A stretch of DNA of 61,038 nucleotides from an uncultured Oscillospiraceae bacterium (GCA_964600225.1 CAZRIT010000006.1:4132-65169); one strand, 5' to 3'. Shown: positions 49,402-59,060, numbered from the stretch's first letter. The notes: a model not told the origin generated them from the letters alone. Program-made: numbers and translations.

Positions 49402-52332
49402 TTACAGCTTTCCCTGCACGGTGACGGTGGCGAACGTGTGCAGGGAATGCTGCATTTTGTCGCGTTTGAGCAAGGGAATCAGCGCGCGGAACATCTGCTG
49501 GCGCGAGATGCCCGTCAGTTGCAACAGCATGGTTGCGGCCGATTCCTGCGTGGGGAACTCGTCAAACTTGACCGTGACGCGATCCTGCTGGAAGGTGAAG
49601 GTCAGGATGCGCGTAAAGGGCGTTTCGATAAAGTGCACGCATACGGTCAGCGTCCACGCATCGGCCGTTTCGGCGGCCTGCGCGCTGACCTCGACGCGGT
49701 AGGTCTCGCCAAGCTGCGTGACCGTGCCCGCCGTATAGCCTTCGCCGGCTGTCAGGCAGTGGGCGTTGTCGCCCTCCACAAACGTCATCATCAGGCCGCC
49801 CGCGGGCTCCGCCTGAAACGCAATGCGCGCGGTGCCGGGCGAATAGCTGTTTTCAACGTTGCTGAGCGTAAACGGGAACAGGCCCGATACGTTGCGCTCC
49901 ATTGTATAGACGTGGCCGTTGAGGCGAGCGGCGGCTTCGGCAACGGACAGGCTGCCCTCGGACACGGGACGGGAAAACGGCGCGCGGCCGCGCACGGTCA
50001 GGGCGTCCAGCGTGCCGTGCAGCGCAGAGAGCGCGGCGGGGTTTTCCGATAGCGGCCGATCGGACAGGTTCATGAACGCGCGGTCCACCGCGTCCAGCAC
50101 GCCGCCCTCGGCAAACAAGCGGGCCGTGCCCGAAAACAGCACCACGAGCATATCCAGGTCGGGCAGCGCCAGCATGTACTGGCCGAACGCCCCGTTGAAC
50201 AAAAACGCGCCCTTGTGCGCCGTCATCCAGATCTGGTGGCCGTAGCCAAAGGTGATTTCACCCTTGGGCGTGGCAATCTGCGGGCTGGTGGCGGCCTCAA
50301 TCCATGCGCGGCTGACGAGCTGCTGCTGCTTGCCGTCCACCGTCCATGCGCCGCCATTGAGGTACAGTTGCCCGATCTTGGCCACGCTTTCGGGCGTCAA
50401 CGACAGGCCCCAGCCGCCCTTTTCGGTGCCGTTGGGGCAGGTTTCCCAGTATGCGTCCGCAATGCCCAGCGGTTCAAACAGGCGCGGGGTCAGGTACTGC
50501 ATCAGTGTTTCGCCCGTGCGGCGGCGTACGATGGCGGCGAGCATATAGGTGTTCATGGAGTTGTAGAAAAATTCCGTTCCCGCAGGGAAATGCACGCCGT
50601 TTTGGAAGAACTCCTTCTCCCAGTCCGCGCCCAGCGCGCTGCCGATTTCGTTAAACACTGCGCCCGTGCTCATGTTGAGCAGGTGCCGCACCGTCAAAGT
50701 ATACGACGGGTGCGACGGGTTGTGCGGCATCTTATCAAAAAAAATATCGCACAGGCGCTCGTCGATATCCAGCTTTCCTTCGTCTGCCAGCATGCCGATG
50801 GCCGTGGCGGTGACGGACTTGCTCAGTGAATACAGTTGATGCGGCAAAGTCAGGCTGTACGGCGCCCAGCTTGCCTCGGCAATCACCTTGCCGTGGCGCA
50901 GCACCAGCATGGCCTGCGCGGCGGCGGCCTCGTCGCCGTCGATGGCGGCAAACAGCGCGTTGACGGCGGTGGAAGGCACGCCCTGCGACTCGGGCGTGGC
51001 GCGCGGCAGCGGATGCGGATCGGGCGGGGGCGCGGCAGCGGGCTTTTCGGCGCGGTGCGGGTAGGGATAGATGTTGGACATATCCTGCTTCAGATACCGC
51101 CAAAACAGATCCGCCGCGCGCTTTTCGGTGGTGGAATCCACCTGCTGCAGCTCCTTGCGGAACAGACCGCGCTTGCGTTTGAGCGCGGTTTTATCGCCCG
51201 TGGCAAGCGTCTGATAGCGCGCTTCCACACGGTCGATCACCGCTTCCCACGGGATGGTCAGCGATTCCGCCGCGGCGGCGCCGACGGCCGCGCGGTCGGT
51301 GCGGGATAAAAACGCATCGATGGTATCGGCCATGTCCTCCGCATCGTCGCCGCAGGTCAGGCCATTGACGGCGGGCGCGATGAGGCGGGAGGCGGCCGTG
51401 CCCGCAAGCACAAGCGACGGCGTGTGCTGCGCGGCGGCCTCACGGATGACCAGCCCCGCGCTGAGCGCCTGCAGCGGAAACAGGCAAAGATCGGCTGCGG
51501 CGTACAGGCCGTTGAGCAGCGCGCTGTCGGGCACATGCCCCACAAACCGCACCACGCCGTCGAGCGAACGTTCGCGGATGTGTTCCCTTACGGCGGCATC
51601 CTCGCCGCCCGTGCCTACAAACAACAGCTGGAAGGCCGTGCCGCGGCGCTGCAGCATGGCGGCCGCGTCCAGGATGCGCGGCAGGTTTTTCATCTGGCTG
51701 GCGTTGCCCACGCAAATCAGCAGTGGGGCGTTGGGCAGGATGTGGAAGTGCGCCTTGGCGCGGTCCACCTCCGTCTGGTTGGCGACCGTGGCCGAAACGC
51801 CGTTTTCAAACACCTCGATATTGCCCGAAAAGCCCAGCGAAAACAAAAGGTCGCGCAGCGAATCGCTCACGGTCCAGATTTCGTCGCAGCGGTTGAAATA
51901 ATCCATGATGAAGTGCGTGGTCAGACGATCCTGCTTTTCGTCGCCCGTGGGCAGCAGGTATTTGCGGTAGAACTGCGGGTGGAACGTGCCCACCAGCGGC
52001 ACGCGCAGCTTATCCGAAAGCCGCGCGGCCTCCATGCCCGCAGCGCCCGGGGAGTGCGTATGGATGATATCGGGCTTGAGCCCGTCCATGCGCGCAAGGT
52101 AGTGCATATCCAGCGCCGCCGCGCTCGATTGCGAGCCGCCGGGGAGCTGCAGGCAGGTAAAATCCACAATTTCAAAGGGGTACTTGCCGCGAAAGCCGTC
52201 GTTGACCTGCGGGGTGACGACATAGCTTTCATGCCCGCGCAAAGCAAGCGCGCTGGCGTACTCGAACGAGACGCGCCCCACGCCGTCGGAAACGGGCAGG
52301 AACGAATCGGTACACTGTACAATCCGCAGCAT
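49402..52332 (-). CDS. Fusion protein: N-terminal GT4-type glycosyltransferase, Pro-rich linker, beta-lactamase-fold serine hydrolase, C-terminal domain of unknown function
   Basis: 976 aa single frame. The GT-B N-terminus reads MLRIVQCTDSFLPVSDGVGR ... IIHTHSP. The linker reads PAAAPPPDPHPLP. The SxxK motif YSLSKS is near aa 502, followed by FFYNSMNTY. Confidence 0.8.
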   Translation of the reverse strand: MLRIVQCTDSFLPVSDGVGRVSFEYASALALRGHESYVVTPQVNDGFRGKYPFEIVDFTCLQLPGGSQSSAAALDMHYLARMDGLKPDIIHTHSPGAAGMEAARLSDKLRVPLVGTFHPQFYRKYLLPTGDEKQDRLTTHFIMDYFNRCDEIWTVSDSLRDLLFSLGFSGNIEVFENGVSATVANQTEVDRAKAHFHILPNAPLLICVGNASQMKNLPRILDAAAMLQRRGTAFQLLFVGTGGEDAAVREHIRERSLDGVVRFVGHVPDSALLNGLYAAADLCLFPLQALSAGLVIREAAAQHTPSLVLAGTAASRLIAPAVNGLTCGDDAEDMADTIDAFLSRTDRAAVGAAAAESLTIPWEAVIDRVEARYQTLATGDKTALKRKRGLFRKELQQVDSTTEKRAADLFWRYLKQDMSNIYPYPHRAEKPAAAPPPDPHPLPRATPESQGVPSTAVNALFAAIDGDEAAAAQAMLVLRHGKVIAEASWAPYSLTLPHQLYSLSKSVTATAIGMLADEGKLDIDERLCDIFFDKMPHNPSHPSYTLTVRHLLNMSTGAVFNEIGSALGADWEKEFFQNGVHFPAGTEFFYNSMNTYMLAAIVRRRTGETLMQYLTPRLFEPLGIADAYWETCPNGTEKGGWGLSLTPESVAKIGQLYLNGGAWTVDGKQQQLVSRAWIEAATSPQIATPKGEITFGYGHQIWMTAHKGAFLFNGAFGQYMLALPDLDMLVVLFSGTARLFAEGGVLDAVDRAFMNLSDRPLSENPAALSALHGTLDALTVRGRAPFSRPVSEGSLSVAEAAARLNGHVYTMERNVSGLFPFTLSNVENSYSPGTARIAFQAEPAGGLMMTFVEGDNAHCLTAGEGYTAGTVTQLGETYRVEVSAQAAETADAWTLTVCVHFIETPFTRILTFTFQQDRVTVKFDEFPTQESAATMLLQLTGISRQQMFRALIPLLKRDKMQHSLHTFATVTVQGKL

Positions 52333-52370
52333 TTCGTCACACTCCTCCCGTTTGCATACGATGCGTTTTC

Positions 52371-53504
52371 TTACCTATAAAAATCGTACACCGCGTCAAT
52401 CACGCGCAGGGCGTCCGCCTCGGTCAGCCCGTAGTACATCGGCAGCCGCACCAGGCGGTCGCTTTCCTTGGTCGTATAGCGGTCCTTCCCGTGGAAGCGG
52501 CCAAAGCGCAGCCCCGCGGGCGCGGAGTGCAACGGCACATAGTGGAACGCGGAGCCGATATCGGCGCGGTTGAGGTGCGCAATCAGCTTGCCGCGCTCCT
52601 CCAGATCGCGCGTTTTCACATAGTAAATGTGGGCGTTGTGCGTGCAGCCGTCGGGCACTGTCGGTACGCCGATCTTTTCCGCTTGGGCAAGGTCGGCAAA
52701 CGCCGCGTGATAGCGGTTCCAGCTATGCAGGCGGTCGTTGTTGATGGCGTCGGCGTTTTCGAGCTGCTTCAACAGGTAGGCGGCGTTAAGCTCGCTCGGC
52801 AGCAGCGACGAGCCCAGATCCGTCCAGGTGTACTTATCCACCTGCCCGCGCAAAAAACGGCTGCGGTCGGTGCCCTTTTCGCGCACGACCTCCGCGCGTT
52901 CGATGAAGCGCCCGTCGTTGATCAGCAGCGCGCCGCCCTCGCCCATGGAGTAGTTCTTGGTCTCGTGGAAGCTATAGCAGCCGAGCTGTCCGATGCTGCC
53001 AAGCGCCTGCCCGTGGTATTGGCTCATGACGGCCTGCGCCGCGTCCTCCACGATGATGAGGCTGTGGCGCTTGGCGATATCGCAGATGGCATCCATTTCG
53101 CAGGAAACACCCGCGTAGTGCATGGGCACGATCACCTTAGTTTTGTCGGTGATGGCGGCTTCGATAAGCGTTTCGTCCAAATTCATGGTGTCGGGACGGA
53201 TATCGACAAATACGATGGTCGCCCCGCGCAGCACGAAGGCGTTGGCGGTGGAGGAAAAGGTAAAGCTCGGCATGATGACCTCGTCGCCCGCTTGGATATC
53301 GCACAAAATGGCGGCCATATCCAGCGCCGTGGAGCCCGATGTGGTCAAAAGCGCCTTTTTGGTGCCCGTGCGCTGCTCCAAAATGCGGTCGCACGCTTTG
53401 GTCATGGGGCCGTCGCCGCAGAGCTTGCGGGAGGCAATGCATTGTTGGATGTAGGCTTCCTCGCCGCCGAAATAGGGAGGGATGTTGAACGGTACGCGTG
53501 CCAT
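52371..53504 (-). CDS. wecE: dTDP-4-amino-4,6-dideoxygalactose transaminase (DegT/DnrJ/EryC1 family, WecE-like)
   Basis: 377 aa. From memory it is near-collinear with the WecE/RffA pattern (FNIPPY..GDG, PSFTFSSTANAFVLRGA, FHETKNY, RYTTKESDRLVRLP). Confidence 0.85.
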   Translation of the reverse strand: MARVPFNIPPYFGGEEAYIQQCIASRKLCGDGPMTKACDRILEQRTGTKKALLTTSGSTALDMAAILCDIQAGDEVIMPSFTFSSTANAFVLRGATIVFVDIRPDTMNLDETLIEAAITDKTKVIVPMHYAGVSCEMDAICDIAKRHSLIIVEDAAQAVMSQYHGQALGSIGQLGCYSFHETKNYSMGEGGALLINDGRFIERAEVVREKGTDRSRFLRGQVDKYTWTDLGSSLLPSELNAAYLLKQLENADAINNDRLHSWNRYHAAFADLAQAEKIGVPTVPDGCTHNAHIYYVKTRDLEERGKLIAHLNRADIGSAFHYVPLHSAPAGLRFGRFHGKDRYTTKESDRLVRLPMYYGLTEADALRVIDAVYDFYR

Positions 53505-53539
53505 GGTTTACCTCGCAAATATACAGATAATACATTATA

Positions 53540-54376
53540 TCATGGCACGGCGGATTGTTCAAACAATGTCTTGGCGCTGCGCCCGTCGGCGCGGTTGAAG
53601 CGGCCGAGGGAAAACAGCGAGCTTTCGTCGCCGCGCATGATGCGGCTGACGCGTTCCTGACAGGAAAACGACGCGGCAAAGCCCAGTTCGGCAAGCATCT
53701 GCCGCGACAGCGGGTCGATGGCGCCAAACGGGTAGACGTAGGCGGTGGGGATGACGCCCGTGCGTTCGCTTAGCGCCTGTTGCATCTTTGTCGCGTCGGC
53801 GGTGAACGCCGCGCGGTAATCGGCCTCCGTTTCGCCCGCGCGGCGCATGCTGCCGCAGCGCGCGGAGCCGTGCATATCGTAGCTGTGGTTTTGCAGCTCA
53901 AAGCAGCCGCTTTTTTGCAGGTAGGCCAGCTCCACCCAGCTTAGGTAGGCATAGTTGGGGTTGGGATCGGGGTGGACGGTATACCGCTCCGTGTAGGCGC
54001 CCACGGGAGAGATGACCGCGCGGCAGCCGTATTGCTCCAACAGCGGCAGCACATACGTCATGTTGTTGCGGTAGCCGTCGTCAAAGGTGAGCATCACGGG
54101 CTTGTCGGGCAGCGTCCCCGTGCCCGCGACAAACGCAATCAAATCGGCCGTAACCACCGTTTCGTAGCCGTTATCCAAAAGCCACCGCAGGTCGCTCTCC
54201 AGCGCATCGGGCGATACCACATATTTGCCCGCGCGGGCGGGGTCCTTGAGGATGGCGTGGTACATCAGTATCGGCACGTCGCGGTAATCGGGCAGCAGCC
54301 GCATCGTGGGCCGCGCGCTCGGCGCGCAGCCAAAAAGCAGCAGCAGAGGCAGAATCATGGCAAATACTCGCTTCAT
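53540..54376 (-). CDS. Polysaccharide deacetylase (NodB homology domain), predicted lipoprotein
   Basis: Signal peptide with lipobox LLLLFGCA. MLTFDDGY metal and catalytic motif. Confidence 0.8.
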   Translation of the reverse strand: MKRVFAMILPLLLLFGCAPSARPTMRLLPDYRDVPILMYHAILKDPARAGKYVVSPDALESDLRWLLDNGYETVVTADLIAFVAGTGTLPDKPVMLTFDDGYRNNMTYVLPLLEQYGCRAVISPVGAYTERYTVHPDPNPNYAYLSWVELAYLQKSGCFELQNHSYDMHGSARCGSMRRAGETEADYRAAFTADATKMQQALSERTGVIPTAYVYPFGAIDPLSRQMLAELGFAASFSCQERVSRIMRGDESSLFSLGRFNRADGRSAKTLFEQSAVP

Positions 54377-54474
54377 ATCGAAAAGTATGTGCCCGCGCTT
54401 CCGTTTATGTTGTCAAGCGGCGTTTTCATGATATAATCACAGCATACAAAATCGGGCAAAAAGGGGGAGTATCC

Positions 54475-55209
54475 ATGGGGTTTGACGTCAACGGCGCGTT
54501 CCTGTACGGCATCGTGGCGGTGGTCATTGCGTTTGTGATTGCCGAGTCGGTTGCGTTCCTTGTCAAGGCGTGGAAAAGGGGGCTCAAGCTTGGTATGGAC
54601 AGGGCGGTGCTCAAGCGTACGGTGGTTACCGGCGCCATATTCACCGTTGCGCCCGCCATTGCGATTCTTTTGGGGGTCATTGCGCTGTCCAAGGCGCTTG
54701 GGTTCCCGCTGCCGTGGCTGAGGCTTTCGGTCATCGGCGCGCTGACCTACGAAACGGCCGCCGCCGCGGGCGCGGCCAACGCCATCGGGCTGACGCTGTC
54801 GGAAAAGATCGCCGATCCGAGGGCGTTTGCCACGATTGCGTGGGTGATGACCATTGGCATCATCCCCGGGCCCATTTTGACAAGCCTCATCGGCAACCGC
54901 ATCGAGGATGGGCTGGTCAAGCTGAAATCCAAGGATGAGAAATGGGGAGAAATATTCATGGCGGGCCTGTTTCTGGGCATGATATCCTCCTTTTTGGGGA
55001 TGGTGTTTGCCACCGTTTCGCAGGGTTTGGTCGGGTGGATACCCGTGTTTGTGATGATCGCCGCGGCGGTATTGATGCTGCTGTGCGGGCTGGTGAAAAG
55101 GCTGACGGCGGCAAAATGGATTGATGATTACGCATTGCCCATCAGCATGCTGGGGGGCATGGCGCTTTCCATCCCCATCACCAACCTTGTGCACGCGTTG
55201 GCAGGATAA
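54475..55209 (+). CDS. Polytopic membrane protein, family not confidently recognised (possibly DUF5058-like)
   Basis: 244 aa with multiple hydrophobic helices. It is the first gene of a tightly spaced three-gene unit. Confidence 0.6.
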   Translation: MGFDVNGAFLYGIVAVVIAFVIAESVAFLVKAWKRGLKLGMDRAVLKRTVVTGAIFTVAPAIAILLGVIALSKALGFPLPWLRLSVIGALTYETAAAAGAANAIGLTLSEKIADPRAFATIAWVMTIGIIPGPILTSLIGNRIEDGLVKLKSKDEKWGEIFMAGLFLGMISSFLGMVFATVSQGLVGWIPVFVMIAAAVLMLLCGLVKRLTAAKWIDDYALPISMLGGMALSIPITNLVHALAG

Positions 55210-55222
55210 GGAGGGTCTGTAT

Positions 55223-55882
55223 ATGAAGGAATTGGATTATCGCGCTTCCGTACACCGCATGGGCCGTATCTGGACGGTGTTTGCCATGCTCATGCTCTTT
55301 GCCGTGCCCGCCGCCATCTGCATCTGGTACGATGCGTGGCCGCCGATTGGCGGGGTGCTCAAGGGACTGTTGAGCGTGGTGCCGATATTTTGGACGGTGG
55401 CCGTGATCGAGGTATTCACCTATGTGCCCATGCTTGGCACGGGCGGCTCGTACCTGGGCTTTATTACGGGCAACCTCACCAACCTGAAGGTGCCGTGTGC
55501 GCTCAACGCCATGGAGCGTGCGGGCGCCAAGCAGGGTACCGAGGAGGGCGAGGTGATCTCCACCATCGCCATCGCCACCAGCGCCATGGTGACCACGCTG
55601 ATCATTGCGCTGGGCGTGCTGCTGCTGGCGCAGATTCGGCCGTTTCTGGAAAGCGCTTTGATGCAGCCCGCGTTTGACAACATCCTGCCCGCGCTGTTTG
55701 GCGCGCTGGCGGTGGTATACGTTTCCAAGAATTGGAAGATTGCGCTGGCGCCGTTGTTGTTTATGGTGGCGCTGTTTATCCTGGTGCCGTCGCTGGCGGG
55801 CTCCGTTGGCGTGCTGGTGCCCGTGGGCGCGCTGGTGGCCATTGGCGCGGCGCGGATACTCTACAAAAAAGGATTGCTGTAA
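55223..55882 (+). CDS. Polytopic membrane protein, unknown family
   Basis: The ATG at 55223 is preceded by AAGGAGGG. 219 aa, hydrophobic throughout. The gap to the upstream gene is 13 nt. Confidence 0.6.
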   Translation: MKELDYRASVHRMGRIWTVFAMLMLFAVPAAICIWYDAWPPIGGVLKGLLSVVPIFWTVAVIEVFTYVPMLGTGGSYLGFITGNLTNLKVPCALNAMERAGAKQGTEEGEVISTIAIATSAMVTTLIIALGVLLLAQIRPFLESALMQPAFDNILPALFGALAVVYVSKNWKIALAPLLFMVALFILVPSLAGSVGVLVPVGALVAIGAARILYKKGLL

Positions 55883-55895
55883 GGAGGCAAAAAGC

Positions 55896-57344
55896 ATGTT
55901 TGCACCGTGGATGTATGTGTTGATTCTGCCGTTGCTAATGATCGTGTGGCTTGTGGTCATCATCGTGCGCGCCGTGCGTTTCCGCGCGCCTGTCGAGGCG
56001 GAAACGGCGGCGGCCGAGGTGAACGTGGACGCCGAGCACGCTATCGAGTCGCTGCAGCGAATGGTGCGCTGCAAAACCGTATCCTACTATGACGCAAGCC
56101 GCATCGACGAAACGGAGTTCGATCGTTTTCGCGCGCTGCTGACGGAGCGGTACCCTGCCGTATACGAGCGCTGCACGTTCGAGCGCATCGGCCACTCAGG
56201 GCTTTTGTACAAGCTGGAGGGCAGGCACAGCGACAAGCCCGCCGTCATGATGGCCCACTACGACGTGGTGCCCGTGGAGGAGGAGGGCTGGGAGAAGCCC
56301 GCGTTCGAGGGCATCATCGAGGATGGTATCCTCTGGGGCCGCGGCACGCTGGATACCAAGGGTACGCTGTGCGGCGTGCTGGAGGCTGCCGAAACGCTGC
56401 TCAAAGGCGGCTTTACGCCCGAAAACGACCTGTACTTTGCGTTTGCGGGCGACGAGGAGGTGGCCGGCATGACGCAGCCGACCATCGTGGAAACACTGCG
56501 CGCGCGCGGCGTAACGCCCGCCATCGTGGTGGATGAAGGCGGCGCCGTGGTGGAAAACGTGTTCCCGGGGCTCAAGCAGCCGTGCGCGCTGATCGGCATT
56601 GCCGAAAAGGGCATGATGAACATGTCCATGACCGTGGAGGGCGCGGGCGGGCATGCCAGCGCGCCGCCTCCGCATACGGGCGTGGGGCTATTGGCCAAGG
56701 CCGTGTACGATATTGAGAATAAGCCGTTTGCCATGAAGCTGACCAAGCCCGTGCTGGAGATGTTCGATACCCTCGGCCGCCGTTCCACGTTCCTGTATCG
56801 GCTGATCTTCGCCAACCTCTGGTGCTTTAAGCCCCTGCTGGACGGGATATGCAAAAAATCGGGCGGGGAGCTTAACGCGCTGGTGCGTACCACCGTTGCG
56901 TTTACGCAGATGCAGGGCAGCGTTGCCACCAATGTACTGCCGCCCAAGGCGTCGGTGGGCGCAAATTTGCGCATCATCGGCGGGGAAACGCCACAATCGG
57001 CCCTGACGCATATGGAGCGCACGGCCGATCAAAAGCGTATCCGCTTCAAGGACGAGTACTCCATGGCGCCCAGCCCATTCTCCAACACGACGGGCTACGG
57101 CTGGGAAAAGCTGACCGCCGCGGTCAGGCAGACCTGGCCCGAGGCGGTGGTTTCGCCGTACCTGATGATCGCCTGCTCCGATGCGCGCCACTATGCGCCC
57201 ATCTCGGATAACGTCTATCGTTTCTCCGCGATGGCGTTGAGCAAGGAGGAGCGCGGCTACATCCACGGCCACAACGAGCGCATCCCCACCGATAAAATCG
57301 TGCGCACCGTGGCGTTTTATCAAAGATTGCTCGGCAGCCTGTAA
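55896..57344 (+). CDS. M20-family metallopeptidase (carboxypeptidase-like) with an N-terminal TM anchor
   Basis: The ATG at 55896 follows AAGGAGG. MFAPWMYVLILPLLMIVWLVVIIV is the anchor, followed by AHYDVVPV and GRGTLDTKG. Confidence 0.85.
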   Translation: MFAPWMYVLILPLLMIVWLVVIIVRAVRFRAPVEAETAAAEVNVDAEHAIESLQRMVRCKTVSYYDASRIDETEFDRFRALLTERYPAVYERCTFERIGHSGLLYKLEGRHSDKPAVMMAHYDVVPVEEEGWEKPAFEGIIEDGILWGRGTLDTKGTLCGVLEAAETLLKGGFTPENDLYFAFAGDEEVAGMTQPTIVETLRARGVTPAIVVDEGGAVVENVFPGLKQPCALIGIAEKGMMNMSMTVEGAGGHASAPPPHTGVGLLAKAVYDIENKPFAMKLTKPVLEMFDTLGRRSTFLYRLIFANLWCFKPLLDGICKKSGGELNALVRTTVAFTQMQGSVATNVLPPKASVGANLRIIGGETPQSALTHMERTADQKRIRFKDEYSMAPSPFSNTTGYGWEKLTAAVRQTWPEAVVSPYLMIACSDARHYAPISDNVYRFSAMALSKEERGYIHGHNERIPTDKIVRTVAFYQRLLGSL

Positions 57345-57354
57345 TCGGCAGCGA

Positions 57355-57389
57355 CGCAAAATAACAGGCCGCCCGAAAGGGCGGCCTGT
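57355..57389 (-). terminator. Intrinsic terminator after the HAD hydrolase gene (may also stop the convergent M20 gene)
   Basis: ACAGGCCGCCC-gaaa-GGGCGGCCTGT followed on the minus strand by TATTTTG. Confidence 0.6.
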
Positions 57390-57402
57390 TGCTGTGGTAA
57401 GT

Positions 57403-58041
57403 TTACTCCAAATATGGCAGCAGTTCGGGCAGCGAACCGATCAGCGGCACGCCCAGCGGCAGCAGGTGCTCGCGCAGATGGTGGCCGCGTGTGAGCAGCA
57501 CGCATTGGCACCCGACGGCGGCGGAGACCGCGTAATCGTGGTCGGTATCGCCCACAAACAGCACCTCGTCGGGGCTCAAGCCGCAATCCTGTATCAGCGC
57601 CGCCGCCTGCGCGGCCTTGCCGTGGGCCAGGTTGTTTTCGTTGCCGACGATGCGTTCAAAATACTTGGGCAGGTCGTACAGCGCCGTCTGATCGTACAGG
57701 CGGTCCGCGCCCGTGGCGGAGAGCAGCACCTGCGGGATGCCGCGGCGGCGGATTTCCGAAAGCACCTCGTGCGCGTGCGGCTGCAAGGGGCATTCGGCCA
57801 CGCGGCGCGCATACATATCCACAAATTCCACGCTCACGTCCTCGTACGTTTCCGTTTCAAACGTGTAGCCCATCTTGCGGTAATAGTCCACCACGGGGAA
57901 GCAGAACACGCGGCAGTAGGCGTCCAGATCGGGCAGGGCTTCCATGCCGCGCTCCTGCCGCATCACGTTGGCAATTTCAAAGCAGAGGCGCGTATCATCC
58001 AGCAGCGTGCCGTTCCAGTCCCAAATAACAAGCTTTACCAT
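57403..58041 (-). CDS. HAD-superfamily hydrolase (phosphoglycolate phosphatase-like)
   Basis: Start MVKLVIWDWNGTLLDD (DxD-type motif I). VGDTDHD motif. Confidence 0.8.
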   Translation of the reverse strand: MVKLVIWDWNGTLLDDTRLCFEIANVMRQERGMEALPDLDAYCRVFCFPVVDYYRKMGYTFETETYEDVSVEFVDMYARRVAECPLQPHAHEVLSEIRRRGIPQVLLSATGADRLYDQTALYDLPKYFERIVGNENNLAHGKAAQAAALIQDCGLSPDEVLFVGDTDHDYAVSAAVGCQCVLLTRGHHLREHLLPLGVPLIGSLPELLPYLE

Positions 58042-59060
58042 CTGTTGCGAACCTTTTCCGCCATGCCCATGAAGTGATCCAGCACAATCTCCGTGCCGTC
58101 GTCGAGCTTCATCACGCCGTCCAGCCACCCGAACACCTGGTGTTGATCGGAGCAGATGATGCCCACGTCCGTTTTCGACGCGCGGTCGAGCACGGGGGAG
58201 AAGGTCATTTCAAACCGTCCGTCGCTGGAGGTAAACGCCCACTGCGCCAGGTAATCGTCCCTGCCGCCAATCTGCGGGATATGGAAGGTGACCTGCTCGA
58301 GTTTATGCGCCACGCCGTCGATGAACACCATGTTTTCGGAGGCGGCGGCGGTGTTGCCGAAGCCGTAGCCGATGTTGTAGGCGATCACATGCCCGTCCAC
58401 CACGCCGTGCCCCGCGCCCCAGTACCAGGTGTTGCTGTAGGTCCAAACGCCGCGTCCCCAGTCGAGCAGGCCGAAGGTCGTATCGGGGTCGAGCGTTTCG
58501 GTGCGGCCAAGGCAGCTAACCGTGCCGCTTGCGCGCATGCCGACGATCTTTTGGTTATAGTAGAACGCCGTCTCCTTTTCGGCAAAGGGCGTGGCGATGA
58601 CCATGCTGTCGCGCGGCTCATCGGTGAGCAGGATATCGCAATCGAACGGCCCGTCGCCGAATTTATCCAGGTGCGCCTGCAGGCGCCGCCCGCCCGCTTC
58701 AAAGGAGAATTTGGCCCATGTGCCCTTGAGTCGCTTCTCCACATCGCCCTCGGCGGAGGTGGCAGGGAAGCCCGTTTTGCCAAACGGCAGCCAGAACATG
58801 GGGGACACGGTTTTTTCCGTGGCCGATTCAAAATCGAGGAACGATACCGAAACCAGGCCCATATAGGCATTGTCGGCGATGGTCAGCGCCACGCCGAAGC
58901 GATCGTTATAGATGAGGTAATAATCCCATTCCTTGATGCGCAGCTTGCCGCCGCGTATCTTGGCGCGGTCGTATGCCTTGACAAGCGAGCATGCGTGGCC
59001 CGCTTCGCACAGGCGGCCCTTTTCATCCAGCAGCGGACCCTCGGAAAGCTTATGTTGCAT
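58035..59060 (-). CDS. DUF2804-family protein
   Basis: The start MQHKLSEGPLLDE is preceded by GGGAGGA. IKEWDYYLIYNDRFGVALTIADN pattern. The family call is from memory. The gene overlaps the HAD gene start by 7 nt. Confidence 0.7.
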   Translation of the reverse strand: MQHKLSEGPLLDEKGRLCEAGHACSLVKAYDRAKIRGGKLRIKEWDYYLIYNDRFGVALTIADNAYMGLVSVSFLDFESATEKTVSPMFWLPFGKTGFPATSAEGDVEKRLKGTWAKFSFEAGGRRLQAHLDKFGDGPFDCDILLTDEPRDSMVIATPFAEKETAFYYNQKIVGMRASGTVSCLGRTETLDPDTTFGLLDWGRGVWTYSNTWYWGAGHGVVDGHVIAYNIGYGFGNTAAASENMVFIDGVAHKLEQVTFHIPQIGGRDDYLAQWAFTSSDGRFEMTFSPVLDRASKTDVGIICSDQHQVFGWLDGVMKLDDGTEIVLDHFMGMAEKVRNRW

